A stretch of 64,000 bases of DNA from positions 441-64,440 of the forward strand of contig CAIKOA010000006.1 of the NCBI GenBank assembly GCA_903828955.1, read 5' to 3'. The position numbers were made by a program, and so were the translations under genes. The notes under the pieces were generated by a model. It was not told the DNA's origin, searched no databases, and saw only the letters and a list, made by a program, of their open reading frames with translations. The DNA comes from an uncultured Candidatus Micrarchaeota archaeon (lineage in GTDB: Archaea > Micrarchaeota > Micrarchaeia > Anstonellales > Bilamarchaeaceae). Shown one piece after another: positions 1 to 9,355 of this stretch; within the stretch, counting starts at the first letter, position 1; each line of letters opens with the position of its first letter.

Positions 1-288
1 CCTCACCATCGCCGCCCTATACTCAATTACAGTGGAATACCCCTTCTCGTAGAGCGTTCTTGCCCCAAAATGGTCCCCCAAAGACAATACGGGCCCCCAG
101 GACACATCCGGCCAGCCCGAAGAGCCCACAAAAGGCTCATTGGAGAGCCCGAAGAGGTGCTCCTTCAATTCCCCCTTGCTCCGGTGCTGGGCATCAATCC
201 TGCTGAGAATAGGGCAATATTCAAGCCCGCAGAGCTTTTTGGTGCCTTTGCAATAAATGCAGTAATTGTCCGGCTTCGTTCCCAACAC
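1..288 (-). CDS. nreA: DNA repair protein Nre (N-terminal part, runs off window start)
   Basis: Not in ORF track. Manual translation from GTG at 288: MLGTKPDNYCIYCKGTKKLCGLEYCPIL...PFVGSSGWPDVSWGP...VIEYRAAMVR, the CxxCKG...LCG...CP Zn motif of the Nre family. AGGTG RBS upstream. Confidence 0.8.
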   Translation of the reverse strand, partial: MLGTKPDNYCIYCKGTKKLCGLEYCPILSRIDAQHRSKGELKEHLFGLSNEPFVGSSGWPDVSWGPVLSLGDHFGARTLYEKGYSTVIEYRAAMVR

Positions 289-417
289 CCACACCTATTT
301 AGTTTTATCCCTTATATTACCTTTTCCCTTCTTCTCCCACCCTGCCCCCACGCAGCAGCAAACCTTTATATACTACTTCCACCCCAATTATAGCACGTGT
401 TAGATGGGTGAATCAGG

Positions 418-1245
418 ATGGCCAAGAAAATAAACTCCGCTCAGAGGAAAACAGTTAAAATTTCCAAAAAACCCTCTAAACTCAAAACTGCGAGGAGATC
501 CGCCCGCAAGGCCCCTTCGCTTAAATTAAAATCCAAATTCAAGAAAGTTGCAAAAGCAATCGCAAGGAAGGCGGTCCTGAAAGCAGTTGCAAAGAAAAAA
601 CTCGCCAAACACTCAAAAATCCAGAAAAAACAATCCAAGATACTTCTCAAAAAGGCAGCCACGCCCATAAAAATGGCTCCAAGAAGGCCAAAAATAAAAG
701 AAGAGAAGGAAGACATCCCGCAAATCATAAAGAACTACGCAGATGTAAACCAGAGGGAGGTCTCCCAGATCCTTTCCGAGGCATATTCGCGCCACATCAT
801 AATCGAAGCGGCAGGGGAACACGCCCTTGAAATCGTGCGCAGGTTCACCAACAACTCCAGCGACGAAGACATTTCCAAAAAACTCAAAATCAAGATTAGC
901 GATGTCCGTGCCGCGCTCAACAAATTGCACTCCTTAGGAATAGTGGAATACTCACGGCAGAAGAATTCCGAAACCGGCTGGTTCCATTATTTCTGGTACC
1001 TTAATGTAGACAAGATGAACAACTGGGTAAATGCGCGCATTGAGCAAGAAAGCCACGCAAACGATTACAAGGAAGGCGAACATTACTTCTGCCCGCGCTG
1101 CGGAGGCGCTTCAATTTTTGAGTTCGCTTCTGCAACGGATTTAGGTTTCCGCTGCCCGGCCTGCACAACCCCCCTAGAGTTCCTTTCCGAAGAAAAATCC
1201 AAGGAGCTTTTCCCGGTCCGGCCGTTCCGCAAACCAACCCTTTGA
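418..1245 (+). CDS. tfe: Transcription factor E (TFIIE-alpha homologue) with Lys/Ala-rich N-terminal extension
   Basis: Winged HTH (SDEDISKKLKIKISDVRAALNKL...GWFHYFW) followed by a Zn ribbon (YFCPRC...FRCPAC). Confidence 0.85.
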   Translation: MAKKINSAQRKTVKISKKPSKLKTARRSARKAPSLKLKSKFKKVAKAIARKAVLKAVAKKKLAKHSKIQKKQSKILLKKAATPIKMAPRRPKIKEEKEDIPQIIKNYADVNQREVSQILSEAYSRHIIIEAAGEHALEIVRRFTNNSSDEDISKKLKIKISDVRAALNKLHSLGIVEYSRQKNSETGWFHYFWYLNVDKMNNWVNARIEQESHANDYKEGEHYFCPRCGGASIFEFASATDLGFRCPACTTPLEFLSEEKSKELFPVRPFRKPTL

Positions 1246-1344
1246 AGAGCCCCCCAGGGGAGCGCCCACAAAGAGTGCTTCACCCCCAGCAACCCCCCAT
1301 GATTATTAATTCCAGTTATTACAAATCTGTTTGATGGTATCCGC

Positions 1345-1995
1345 ATGAAAGAAATTTTCGAAAACATATTCGAAGAAGAAGGCCGCATCCTTACGCGCAA
1401 CATGCTCCCGGGCAAGAAGGTCTACGGGGAAAACCTGCTCAAAATCCAGGGAACCGAATACCGCGCCTGGAACCCGACGCGCTCAAAGCTCTGCGCTGCC
1501 ATAAAAAAAGGCCTAGTCCACAACCCAATCAAGCACAATTCCGCAGTCCTTTACCTTGGCGCGGCAACCGGCACGACTATTTCGCACCTTTCCGACATTC
1601 TCACGAACGGAGGCGCATTTGCAGTGGAAATTTCCGCCCACTCGATGAAAACCCTCCTCCAACTTTGCGAAAAAAGGGAAAACATAATCCCAATTCTCGC
1701 AGATGCTAGACAGCCAGATAAATACCGCGACGTTGGCGAAGTGGATGTTGTTTACGAAGACGTCGCCTCCCCGGAGCAGGCAGACATTCTCCTAAAGAAT
1801 TGCCGCATGTTCCTGAAAAGAGGCGGCTACGCAATGATTGCGATCAAATCCCAAAGCATAGACGTCACCAGAAAACCCGCGGAAATTTACGCAGAAGTTG
1901 AAAGGGAGCTATCAACGGAATTGGAAATCGTTGAGCGCATAAACCTGGAGCCCTTTGAGATGGACCATCTATTTCTTGTCCTTAAGAAAAAGTGA
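1345..1995 (+). CDS. flpA: Fibrillarin-like rRNA/tRNA 2'-O-methyltransferase
   Basis: VYGE, YRAWNPTRSKL, VLYLGAATGTTISHLSD and NIIPILADA motifs. Confidence 0.95.
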   Translation: MKEIFENIFEEEGRILTRNMLPGKKVYGENLLKIQGTEYRAWNPTRSKLCAAIKKGLVHNPIKHNSAVLYLGAATGTTISHLSDILTNGGAFAVEISAHSMKTLLQLCEKRENIIPILADARQPDKYRDVGEVDVVYEDVASPEQADILLKNCRMFLKRGGYAMIAIKSQSIDVTRKPAEIYAEVERELSTELEIVERINLEPFEMDHLFLVLKKK

Positions 1996-3354
1996 ATACT
2001 CCGTAAACTTCTTCAGCGCCCTTATCGCAGTCTCCGGAGAACCATAAGTGGGAATTCCATAGCTATCCAAAGTCTTCCTGTTCTGCCGTGTATATTCCCC
2101 CCCAACCCCAACAACCAAAATGGGCTTCTTCTTCTTATCCGATGCCCGGACAAGCACATCCACTATTCTAGAATCCACAGCAGGGGCCTGGAACAAAATA
2201 ATCACAACGATCGAATCAACATTTTCATCTTCAATCATCGCATTTATCGCCTTCTCGTAAATATCCACGCCAGAATCCGCAATCACATCCAATGGATTTG
2301 CAATCGGAATCCGCGCAGGAAGCATTTCCCTGAGCCTCTGCCTCCCAATATCGCTCATCTTCGCAACATCCAGCCCCTCTTTCTCCACCGCATCCGCGGT
2401 AAGAACCCCAAGCCCGCCCCCATCCGTAATAATCCCAACCCTGTTCCCGGTGGGCCGGACCTGGCTGAACATATTCGCCACATAGAAAAGCTCCACAACT
2501 GAATCCACTTCGATTGCCTTGCTCTGCCTGAATGCGGCCTGGTAAGCGGTATAATTTCCGGCAAGGTTCCCGGTATGCGACATCGCCGCCGCGCCCGCAA
2601 CAATCCCCTTTCCAGCCTTCAAAACAATAATTGGCTTTTTCGGATTTACTTTCTTAAGCGCGGAAAGCAGCCCTTTCCCGTCCTTTGTCCCTTCAAGGTA
2701 AAGCATAATCTGCTTTGTTTTCGCATCTGCACCCAGATACTCGAGCAGGTCAACTTCGTTAATTGTTGCCCCATTTCCATAGGAAACGAATTTTGCAAAA
2801 CCGACCTTATAATATGCAGCAAGGTCCGCAATGCAGGAGCCAACCGCCCCGCTCTGCGTAATGATCGAAATATCCCCAACCCCAGGCCTCCCGAACTTAT
2901 AGAACGGGAAGAAAATACTGTCCACCCTGCTCTCCGGGTTCATCACCCCCAAGCAGTTTGGGCCAATGAGCGCAATTCCATACTTCAATACAACAGATTT
3001 CAATTTCTCTTCCAGTTCCACATTCCCGGATTCCCCAAAACCCGCAGAAAGAACTACGATTGCCTTTACCCCTTTCTTTCCGCACTCTTCCGCAACATCC
3101 GGCACAAGAGGCGCGGGGATTGCAAAAATAGCCAAATCAACTTTCCCAGAGATGCTCTTCAAATCAGCATAACATTTCTTCCCAAGCAATTCAGGGTATT
3201 TCGGGTTCACCGGATAAATGCCACCCTCATACCCCCCATCAACCAGATTCTTCAAAATCACATTCCCCAATTTCTCCGGATTGTCCGAAGCCCCGACTAT
3301 CGCAATCGATTTCGGCTCAAAAACATACTTCAGGTTTGCAATGTCCGCCCTCAT
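1969..3354 (-). CDS. acdA: Acetyl-CoA synthetase (ADP-forming), alpha subunit
   Basis: PKSIAIVGAS, GPNCLG, TQSGAVG, SHTG phospho-His motif, NPLD. Confidence 0.92.
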   Translation of the reverse strand: MRADIANLKYVFEPKSIAIVGASDNPEKLGNVILKNLVDGGYEGGIYPVNPKYPELLGKKCYADLKSISGKVDLAIFAIPAPLVPDVAEECGKKGVKAIVVLSAGFGESGNVELEEKLKSVVLKYGIALIGPNCLGVMNPESRVDSIFFPFYKFGRPGVGDISIITQSGAVGSCIADLAAYYKVGFAKFVSYGNGATINEVDLLEYLGADAKTKQIMLYLEGTKDGKGLLSALKKVNPKKPIIVLKAGKGIVAGAAAMSHTGNLAGNYTAYQAAFRQSKAIEVDSVVELFYVANMFSQVRPTGNRVGIITDGGGLGVLTADAVEKEGLDVAKMSDIGRQRLREMLPARIPIANPLDVIADSGVDIYEKAINAMIEDENVDSIVVIILFQAPAVDSRIVDVLVRASDKKKKPILVVGVGGEYTRQNRKTLDSYGIPTYGSPETAIRALKKFTEYSLFLKDKK

Positions 3355-3998
3355 CTCACAAACCTCACATCAACAATATCAAACCCCAACTCATCGAATA
3401 TTACAGGGTTCAAATCCAGTTCCTTCATATCCTCCTTAACCATCATCTTGGAAACAGTAAGCAAAAGCGAATACAATTTATCCAGGTTCACCGGCTTCAT
3501 CCCGCGCACCCCGGTAAGAAGAGGGTGCGACCTGAGCTCCATCACCATCTCCTGCGCGTCCTCTTTTGTAATCGGGCAGATTCGAGCCGAAACATCCTTG
3601 AATACTTCCACATAGACCCCGCCGAGGCCAAGCACAATCATGTGCCCGAACTGCGAGTCCTTCTTCCCTCCAATAATTAGTTCAACTCCTTTCCTAGCCA
3701 TCTTTTGCACAAGTATCCCATGCACCCTGTATTCCCGGGCGCCTTCCAGGATATCCTCGTATGCATGGCGAAGCCGTGTCTCATCCTTTATTCCTATTTT
3801 GACCCCGCCTACATCCGTCTTGTGCGTAACATCCGGGGAAATCAGTTTTAGCGCAACCGGATACCCTATTTTAGAAGCGAGCTTTGCAGCCTCATCCGGA
3901 GTAGCCGCAAGCCCATAAGGCAAAACAGCTATTTTGTAGTTTTCAAGCACGCAGAATTCTGGAATTGCGCAGATGGGCTTCCTTGCCATAAGGCGCAT
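3351..3998 (-). CDS. acdB: Acetyl-CoA synthetase (ADP-forming), beta subunit (ATP-grasp)
   Basis: GYPVALKLISPDVTHKTDVGGV, ELDLNPV; overlaps acdA. Confidence 0.92.
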   Translation of the reverse strand: MRLMARKPICAIPEFCVLENYKIAVLPYGLAATPDEAAKLASKIGYPVALKLISPDVTHKTDVGGVKIGIKDETRLRHAYEDILEGAREYRVHGILVQKMARKGVELIIGGKKDSQFGHMIVLGLGGVYVEVFKDVSARICPITKEDAQEMVMELRSHPLLTGVRGMKPVNLDKLYSLLLTVSKMMVKEDMKELDLNPVIFDELGFDIVDVRFVR

Positions 3999-4056
3999 TT
4001 TCCACTATTATCTATTTTAACCTTAGCCTGCCGTTGCGGCGCAACCAGCCATCAAA

Positions 4057-4386
4057 TTATTTCCAATTTGTTCCGAATTCATTCTGATTTTTAGGGATTA
4101 CCACCAGCCCAGCAAGAGAAGCAAGAACGAATGCAGTGCCGCAGCAATGGTAAGTGTTCTCAGGGCTTACCGGGCCAGGCCCGACCGGCCCCGAATTATA
4201 CACAGCTGCCTCGCAATCGCTCACGCACGCATTGAATCCCGCATCCGGAGAGCCGCCGCAATCATCAAAATCAGTATCCCAATTTCCGTTATACGTCCTG
4301 CAGCAGGTATGTTCACAATCGCTTGCCGCATAAACCGGCAGCGCAAAAGCCATCAGAACCCCCAGGAAAAACAATATGCCCTTCAT
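4057..4386 (-). CDS. Small secreted Cys-rich protein with C-terminal hydrophobic tail
   Basis: Likely start MKGILFFLGVLMAFALPVYA (signal peptide); CX3CC...C...CX3C pattern; C-terminal CCGTAFVLASLAGLVVI. Confidence 0.6.
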   Translation of the reverse strand: MKGILFFLGVLMAFALPVYAASDCEHTCCRTYNGNWDTDFDDCGGSPDAGFNACVSDCEAAVYNSGPVGPGPVSPENTYHCCGTAFVLASLAGLVVIPKNQNEFGTNWK

Positions 4387-4447
4387 AAGCTGCCCTTCAT
4401 CATCAAATTTTATAAATTTGTGCATGCTTACCTCATTAGTGATAATT

Positions 4448-4720
4448 ATGTACTGCATCTCTTGCGGAATGCCAATGGAAAAACCAGAACATCACGGAGG
4501 GAATAACTCCAAAAACGAATGGTGCATCCATTGCTGCAAGCCTGGCGGGACCCACAAAACAAAAAAGGAAGTCCGTGAAGGATTGCTCAAATTCGCCCTT
4601 TCCGATGAGGGAAAGGCCATGCTCTCAGGAATGGGAATTAAAATAGACTCAAAGGCAGAAGCTGAAAAATACGTGGATTCCCTCATGGCAACGCTTCCAG
4701 CCTGGAAAAAACCAAAATAG
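4448..4720 (+). CDS. Putative zinc-ribbon protein
   Basis: MYCISCGMPM...EWCIHC...LPAWK, typical of the CxSCGMP zinc-ribbon family. Start moved to the ATG at 4448. Confidence 0.75.
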   Translation: MYCISCGMPMEKPEHHGGNNSKNEWCIHCCKPGGTHKTKKEVREGLLKFALSDEGKAMLSGMGIKIDSKAEAEKYVDSLMATLPAWKKPK

Positions 4721-4771
4721 CCGAAATAGCGCACAATTCCCTTTTTAATTTTCCCGTCCCTATCCCCCACC

Positions 4772-6016
4772 ATGCAACTCCATTGCCTTGGCGCAGGAAG
4801 GGAAGTCGGGAGAAGCTGCTTCCTCCTTGAAACCGACCAGAGGGTCCTTTTCGACTACGGATTGAAAATATTCAACTACGGCAGCTCAAAGGAAAACATG
4901 TACCCGGTCCCCTACCAGGGCTCGATAGATGCAATGTTCCTTTCGCATGCGCACCTTGACCACAGCGGCTTCCTCCCCGAACTCTATTCACGGGGGCACG
5001 TAAACTGGTTTGCCACCCCGCCCACCTACGACATCGCCGCACTCCTTTGGGAAGACTCGATGAAAATAATGGGTGAAAATATTCCTTACACTGAGCAGCA
5101 ATACCAGAAGGCCCTCAAGAATCATGTTCCGGTTCTTTATGGCCAATCCGTTACTCTGGGCCAGACAAAATTCAAATTCTACGATGCAGGCCACATAATC
5201 GGCTCCGCAATGATTGAGGCAAAATACAAGGGAAAGAAGATAGTCTACTCAGGGGATTTCAAGATGGAAGACACCCGCATGCACAAAGGCGCAGAGGCAA
5301 TCGAAGATGTGGATGTCCTAATTCTCGAAAGCACCTACAGCAACCGCGAACACCCGGATAGAGACGAGAATGAAGACAAGCTTGCAGACCTCGTTTCCGA
5401 TACGCTTGATGACGAGGGCACCGTCCTCTTCCCATCTTTTGCAGTTGGCCGCTCGCAGGAATTAATTTCCATTCTCCACGAAAACGTAAAGGACATCCAG
5501 ATCTACCTGGATGGAATGTCCAAGGAGGTAACCAGAACCTACCTCAAATACGGGGAATATTTGCGCGATTTCGACGAATTCGAGAAATCCCTGGAATCCG
5601 TAATTTTCGTTGAAGGGGCCAGGGACAGGAAGGACGCAACCACAACCCCTTCCGTAATAGTTTCCACAGCAGGAATGATGGAAGGCGGGCCCGCTCTAAG
5701 TTATATGCTCAACCTCAACCCCGCCTCAAGGCTGATCTTCACAGGATATTGCGTGGAAGGCACAAACGGCTGGAGGATCCAGAAGGAAAACAAGGTGATG
5801 ATAGATAAGAACATCCTGGACGTTTCGCTTCCCGTTTCTTACTTTGATTTCAGCGCGCACGCAGGAAGGAGCGACCTCCTGAAATTCGTAAAAGCGGCGA
5901 ACCCGGGAAAAATCGTCCTCAACCACGGAGACCGCACACCCGAATTTGCGCAGGAATTGAAAGAGATGGGCTTCAACGCAGTCGCCCCCAAAAACGGGGA
6001 TTCAATAGACATCTGA
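4772..6016 (+). CDS. Beta-CASP metallo-beta-lactamase-fold ribonuclease (aCPSF-like)
   Basis: GAGREVGRSC, SHAHLDHSG, AGHIIGS, YSGD, ESTY, FSAHAG and NHGD motifs. Confidence 0.9.
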   Translation: MQLHCLGAGREVGRSCFLLETDQRVLFDYGLKIFNYGSSKENMYPVPYQGSIDAMFLSHAHLDHSGFLPELYSRGHVNWFATPPTYDIAALLWEDSMKIMGENIPYTEQQYQKALKNHVPVLYGQSVTLGQTKFKFYDAGHIIGSAMIEAKYKGKKIVYSGDFKMEDTRMHKGAEAIEDVDVLILESTYSNREHPDRDENEDKLADLVSDTLDDEGTVLFPSFAVGRSQELISILHENVKDIQIYLDGMSKEVTRTYLKYGEYLRDFDEFEKSLESVIFVEGARDRKDATTTPSVIVSTAGMMEGGPALSYMLNLNPASRLIFTGYCVEGTNGWRIQKENKVMIDKNILDVSLPVSYFDFSAHAGRSDLLKFVKAANPGKIVLNHGDRTPEFAQELKEMGFNAVAPKNGDSIDI

Positions 6017-8560
6017 CTAATTCCGAATGCTCCAATATTTTTTGTTCTTTATGAATTTTTTCTGCTCCTCAATCAGGTCCAGATAGAATGAATCTTCGTC
6101 CCGGTGCAATTTTCTCAGAACCCGGTCCGCGGTTTTTGCGCCCACCCCATACACAAGCAATGCAACCAGCCCCCTCCTCCCATAGGAGCGGAGAATCCCA
6201 GCCATATATTTCTCCTCCTCAGGAGTTGCCTTGGTTGATACAAGGGTGAGCGCTTCCCTCCCGCACCTGTGGCATTTCAATTTGCTCGCGTCCACATTCT
6301 TCAGAATTGCTTTCCTGGCCGCCCCGCAATTCAGGCATTTAAAAGAAACGTGCTTCTTCTCAATTTCTTCCCTGAACATCCTCAAAATGGATTCGCGCGG
6401 CTCAAACTCCCCGGCAACTCCTCCCCCCTTCATGCGCGCAATTCCCAATAATGCAATATCCGAAAGCTTCCCCCTCTTCTCTATAATTACCCGCAATTTT
6501 CCAGAGCGCACCCCCTCCGCAACTTTTTTAGCTCCATCCGCATTCATTCTCTTCCTGAAAATAGTATTCAAAGTTTCCTCGTAAACCGGAGTCCCCCGCA
6601 TAAACCTCACAAACCTGTCCGAGATTTCCGCGCCCTCCCCAAACATCCCAAACAACCTTCCCACGTGCAGGAAGTTCGCCCTTAGAAGCGAAGAACCTTC
6701 GAGCGCCTGCTCAGCCTCCAATTCCACATCATGGATTTGGAAAACCCCCTCAAACCATTCTTCCCTTATAGGATATGAAAACTTGAACATAATCCTGTAC
6801 GGGTCCGCAACCGCGCGCACTTCAAACCTAAGTTTCTCCGAGAGCCTCATCGAGAACACGCGCGCAAGCAAATCGTTCACCCTGTTCCCAAATGGCGCAT
6901 GCATCACTGCGATTTCCCCGGAAATTTCAACCTTGATTTCGTTCTCCGCGGGCGCGTCCTTGATTTCTTTTTTCCTGATTCGCGCAGCCTCCTGTGCGAC
7001 CTCCCACTCGACCGGAATCTCCTCGCCCACCCAGTCCGGCACAATGAAGTCCGCCTGCGTTGCCGGCTCTGCAATCAATTCCTCCCCGATCTCAACAACG
7101 TTCCAGACCTTTCCTTTTGAAGAAAATGCGTCCCCAGGGGTAAGCGTAGCCACAAAAACCTCATCCAAATTCGCGATTATCCTGTTCGTGATCCGGTCCC
7201 GCAAAGCGAATTTCCTCTCTTTCGGAATCGTAGTCAAATTGTAGAAGTAGTATTCCCTCCCGTTCTTCCCAAACGAAAGTTCCTCTCCATTTACAAAAAT
7301 AATCCTCTCTTTCTCAAGCTGCAAAAGCACCCTCTCGAATTCCGGATAAGTGATTCCAAACGAATAAGCCTTTGAAAGAACCTCATAAATTTTCTTTCTC
7401 TCCATCCTTCCGCAATCCATCAGCAGCCCGACAACCTGGTGCGCAATCACATCCATCGCCCCGCGCACCGCCTTCCTCTCTTCTAGATATCCCTCGTTGA
7501 ACTTATTCACAATCGCAAGCGATTCAAAATAATCATCCAAATCCGGGGCAAGAATAACCCCGCGCGGAATCCTATCCACCCCATGGCCGCTCCTCCCAAC
7601 CCTTTGCACCATCCGGGCGACCTGCCGCGGGGACCCAAACTGTATTATCTCATCTATTCCCCCTATATCCATTCCCAATTCCAAAGAAGAGGTTGCCACA
7701 AGGGTATGGATTTTTCCTTCCTTGAATTCCTTTTCCGTATTAATCCTGAGCGCAGCAGCCAAAGACCCATGGTGGATATCAATATTCTCCGCATCCTCTG
7801 CCTTCAAATTCAAATAAGTCGCAAGGGATTCCGCGGTGCTCCTCGTATTCACAAAAAGAATCCTCTGCTTTCCTCCAAGCATCCCCGCAATTTTCTCAAA
7901 CGCTTTCTCTCCGCTTCCAGAAACCTTCAAAATCGATATGTCCATTTCCCTTTTCTTCCCAGCGCTCGCAATCGAAAACTCGCGCCCAATTCCGCACAGA
8001 AGCTTCCCCGCCTCTTCTTCATTCGAAATCGTGGCGCTAATCCCAATCCGTTGAAAATCCGCAATCAGCGCAAGCCTTTCCAATGCAAGCGAAAGCTGCG
8101 CCCCCCTCTTGCTATCCACAAGCTCATGCAGTTCATCCACAATCACGTATTTCACATTCGCTAAATGCGTGCGCAATACTTTCCCCACAAGCACTGCCTG
8201 CAAGGTCTCCGGGGTCAAAACCAGGAGCTGCGGCGGGTTCCTGCTCTGCTTCCCCCGCTCAAACTGCGTTGTGTCCCCATGCCGGACAGCATGCGTAATC
8301 CCCGCGCGGTCGCACCACCACTCCAGCCTTTTAGCAATATCCCGGTTTAATGCACGCAGCGGAGTAATATACAGCGCCGCAATCCCTCTTTCCCCATGAA
8401 TTTTCTCCAATACAGGAAGAATCGCAGCCTCGGTTTTCCCACTGCCGGTGGGTGCAATCACAACAGTGTTCCTTCCAGAAAGAATGAGCGGGATTGCCTC
8501 CTTTTGAACTAAAGTTGGAGAGGGAAACCTCTCCTTGTACAATTCGGCTATGCTCTTCAT
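6017..8560 (-). CDS. lhr: Lhr-like ATP-dependent DEAD/DEAH helicase
   Basis: APTGSGKT, YITPLRALNRD, DELH, SAT, HHGSL, ATSSLELGMD, QRVGRSGH; C-terminal Zn ribbon. Confidence 0.9.
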   Translation of the reverse strand: MKSIAELYKERFPSPTLVQKEAIPLILSGRNTVVIAPTGSGKTEAAILPVLEKIHGERGIAALYITPLRALNRDIAKRLEWWCDRAGITHAVRHGDTTQFERGKQSRNPPQLLVLTPETLQAVLVGKVLRTHLANVKYVIVDELHELVDSKRGAQLSLALERLALIADFQRIGISATISNEEEAGKLLCGIGREFSIASAGKKREMDISILKVSGSGEKAFEKIAGMLGGKQRILFVNTRSTAESLATYLNLKAEDAENIDIHHGSLAAALRINTEKEFKEGKIHTLVATSSLELGMDIGGIDEIIQFGSPRQVARMVQRVGRSGHGVDRIPRGVILAPDLDDYFESLAIVNKFNEGYLEERKAVRGAMDVIAHQVVGLLMDCGRMERKKIYEVLSKAYSFGITYPEFERVLLQLEKERIIFVNGEELSFGKNGREYYFYNLTTIPKERKFALRDRITNRIIANLDEVFVATLTPGDAFSSKGKVWNVVEIGEELIAEPATQADFIVPDWVGEEIPVEWEVAQEAARIRKKEIKDAPAENEIKVEISGEIAVMHAPFGNRVNDLLARVFSMRLSEKLRFEVRAVADPYRIMFKFSYPIREEWFEGVFQIHDVELEAEQALEGSSLLRANFLHVGRLFGMFGEGAEISDRFVRFMRGTPVYEETLNTIFRKRMNADGAKKVAEGVRSGKLRVIIEKRGKLSDIALLGIARMKGGGVAGEFEPRESILRMFREEIEKKHVSFKCLNCGAARKAILKNVDASKLKCHRCGREALTLVSTKATPEEEKYMAGILRSYGRRGLVALLVYGVGAKTADRVLRKLHRDEDSFYLDLIEEQKKFIKNKKYWSIRN

Positions 8561-8573
8561 TTGTTCCTCTTCC

Positions 8574-9284
8574 CTATGCCCTTTTTGGGATATCTTTCAA
8601 AGACGGAAGGTCCAGCATTGCAACCTTTCCGCTGGGCCGCAATAAAATGGACATCTCAGGTTCCCCCTCACCAAGGCCCGTGCCTTCAGGGAAGTGCACC
8701 ACGAACTCAATTCCGGCTTCTTTGAGAATTGGGGATAATTCTTTATTCAATTCCCGGACAAGGCCATTATTGAAACTAACCGCTCCCTTTTCATCGAATC
8801 CCACAAGCAGGGGGCTCACCCTTACATTTTCTGCCCCTATCTCGTCCGCCATGCGCTTTATTGTTTTCGCAGTCTTATTCAGGTCCTCTATGGCTCTGCT
8901 TACTACTTTTGCAATTTGCCCCCTCAATTTGTCCCTGTCCAAAATAGTCTCGTCTCCTTCATCTGCTTTTGCTTTAAGGGTTTTTTGGCCAAGGTCAATG
9001 CTCTTCAATTGCGCAAATGGATAGTTATCTTTAAGCTCTGCCATAAAAGCATCTTGGGCTTTTTTGAATGCCTTCCTGTCATTTCCAGCTTCTAAAAGTT
9101 TTGTCTGGTAATCGCTTTCCATTGCTGCGAGATCGCTCTTAGGCCCGCAATACTTCTCCATTAATCTATCTGTGATAGCGGATACCATGCCCGCCCGCTC
9201 TCCTTCTTTTGTGGAAGGCGTAGGAACTACCCTTGCAACTCCCGTTTCTTCCTTCACTTTAGTAGCCGTTGCGCCCATAATCAC
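8574..9284 (-). CDS. Hypothetical protein (orphan)
   Basis: 236-aa ORF with a GGAGG RBS upstream; no recognisable motif. Confidence 0.6.
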   Translation of the reverse strand: MIMGATATKVKEETGVARVVPTPSTKEGERAGMVSAITDRLMEKYCGPKSDLAAMESDYQTKLLEAGNDRKAFKKAQDAFMAELKDNYPFAQLKSIDLGQKTLKAKADEGDETILDRDKLRGQIAKVVSRAIEDLNKTAKTIKRMADEIGAENVRVSPLLVGFDEKGAVSFNNGLVRELNKELSPILKEAGIEFVVHFPEGTGLGEGEPEMSILLRPSGKVAMLDLPSLKDIPKRA

Positions 9285-9355
9285 AATCCTCCTTCTTTTC
9301 TAACTCTAATTATGCCACAACTAATTTATAAATATTATAGGGATTAATTCCCTTT

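Noticed and set aside
1246-1344. C/D-box sRNA upstream of fibrillarin
   Set aside because: Only an imperfect ATGATTA and no proper CTGA D box.
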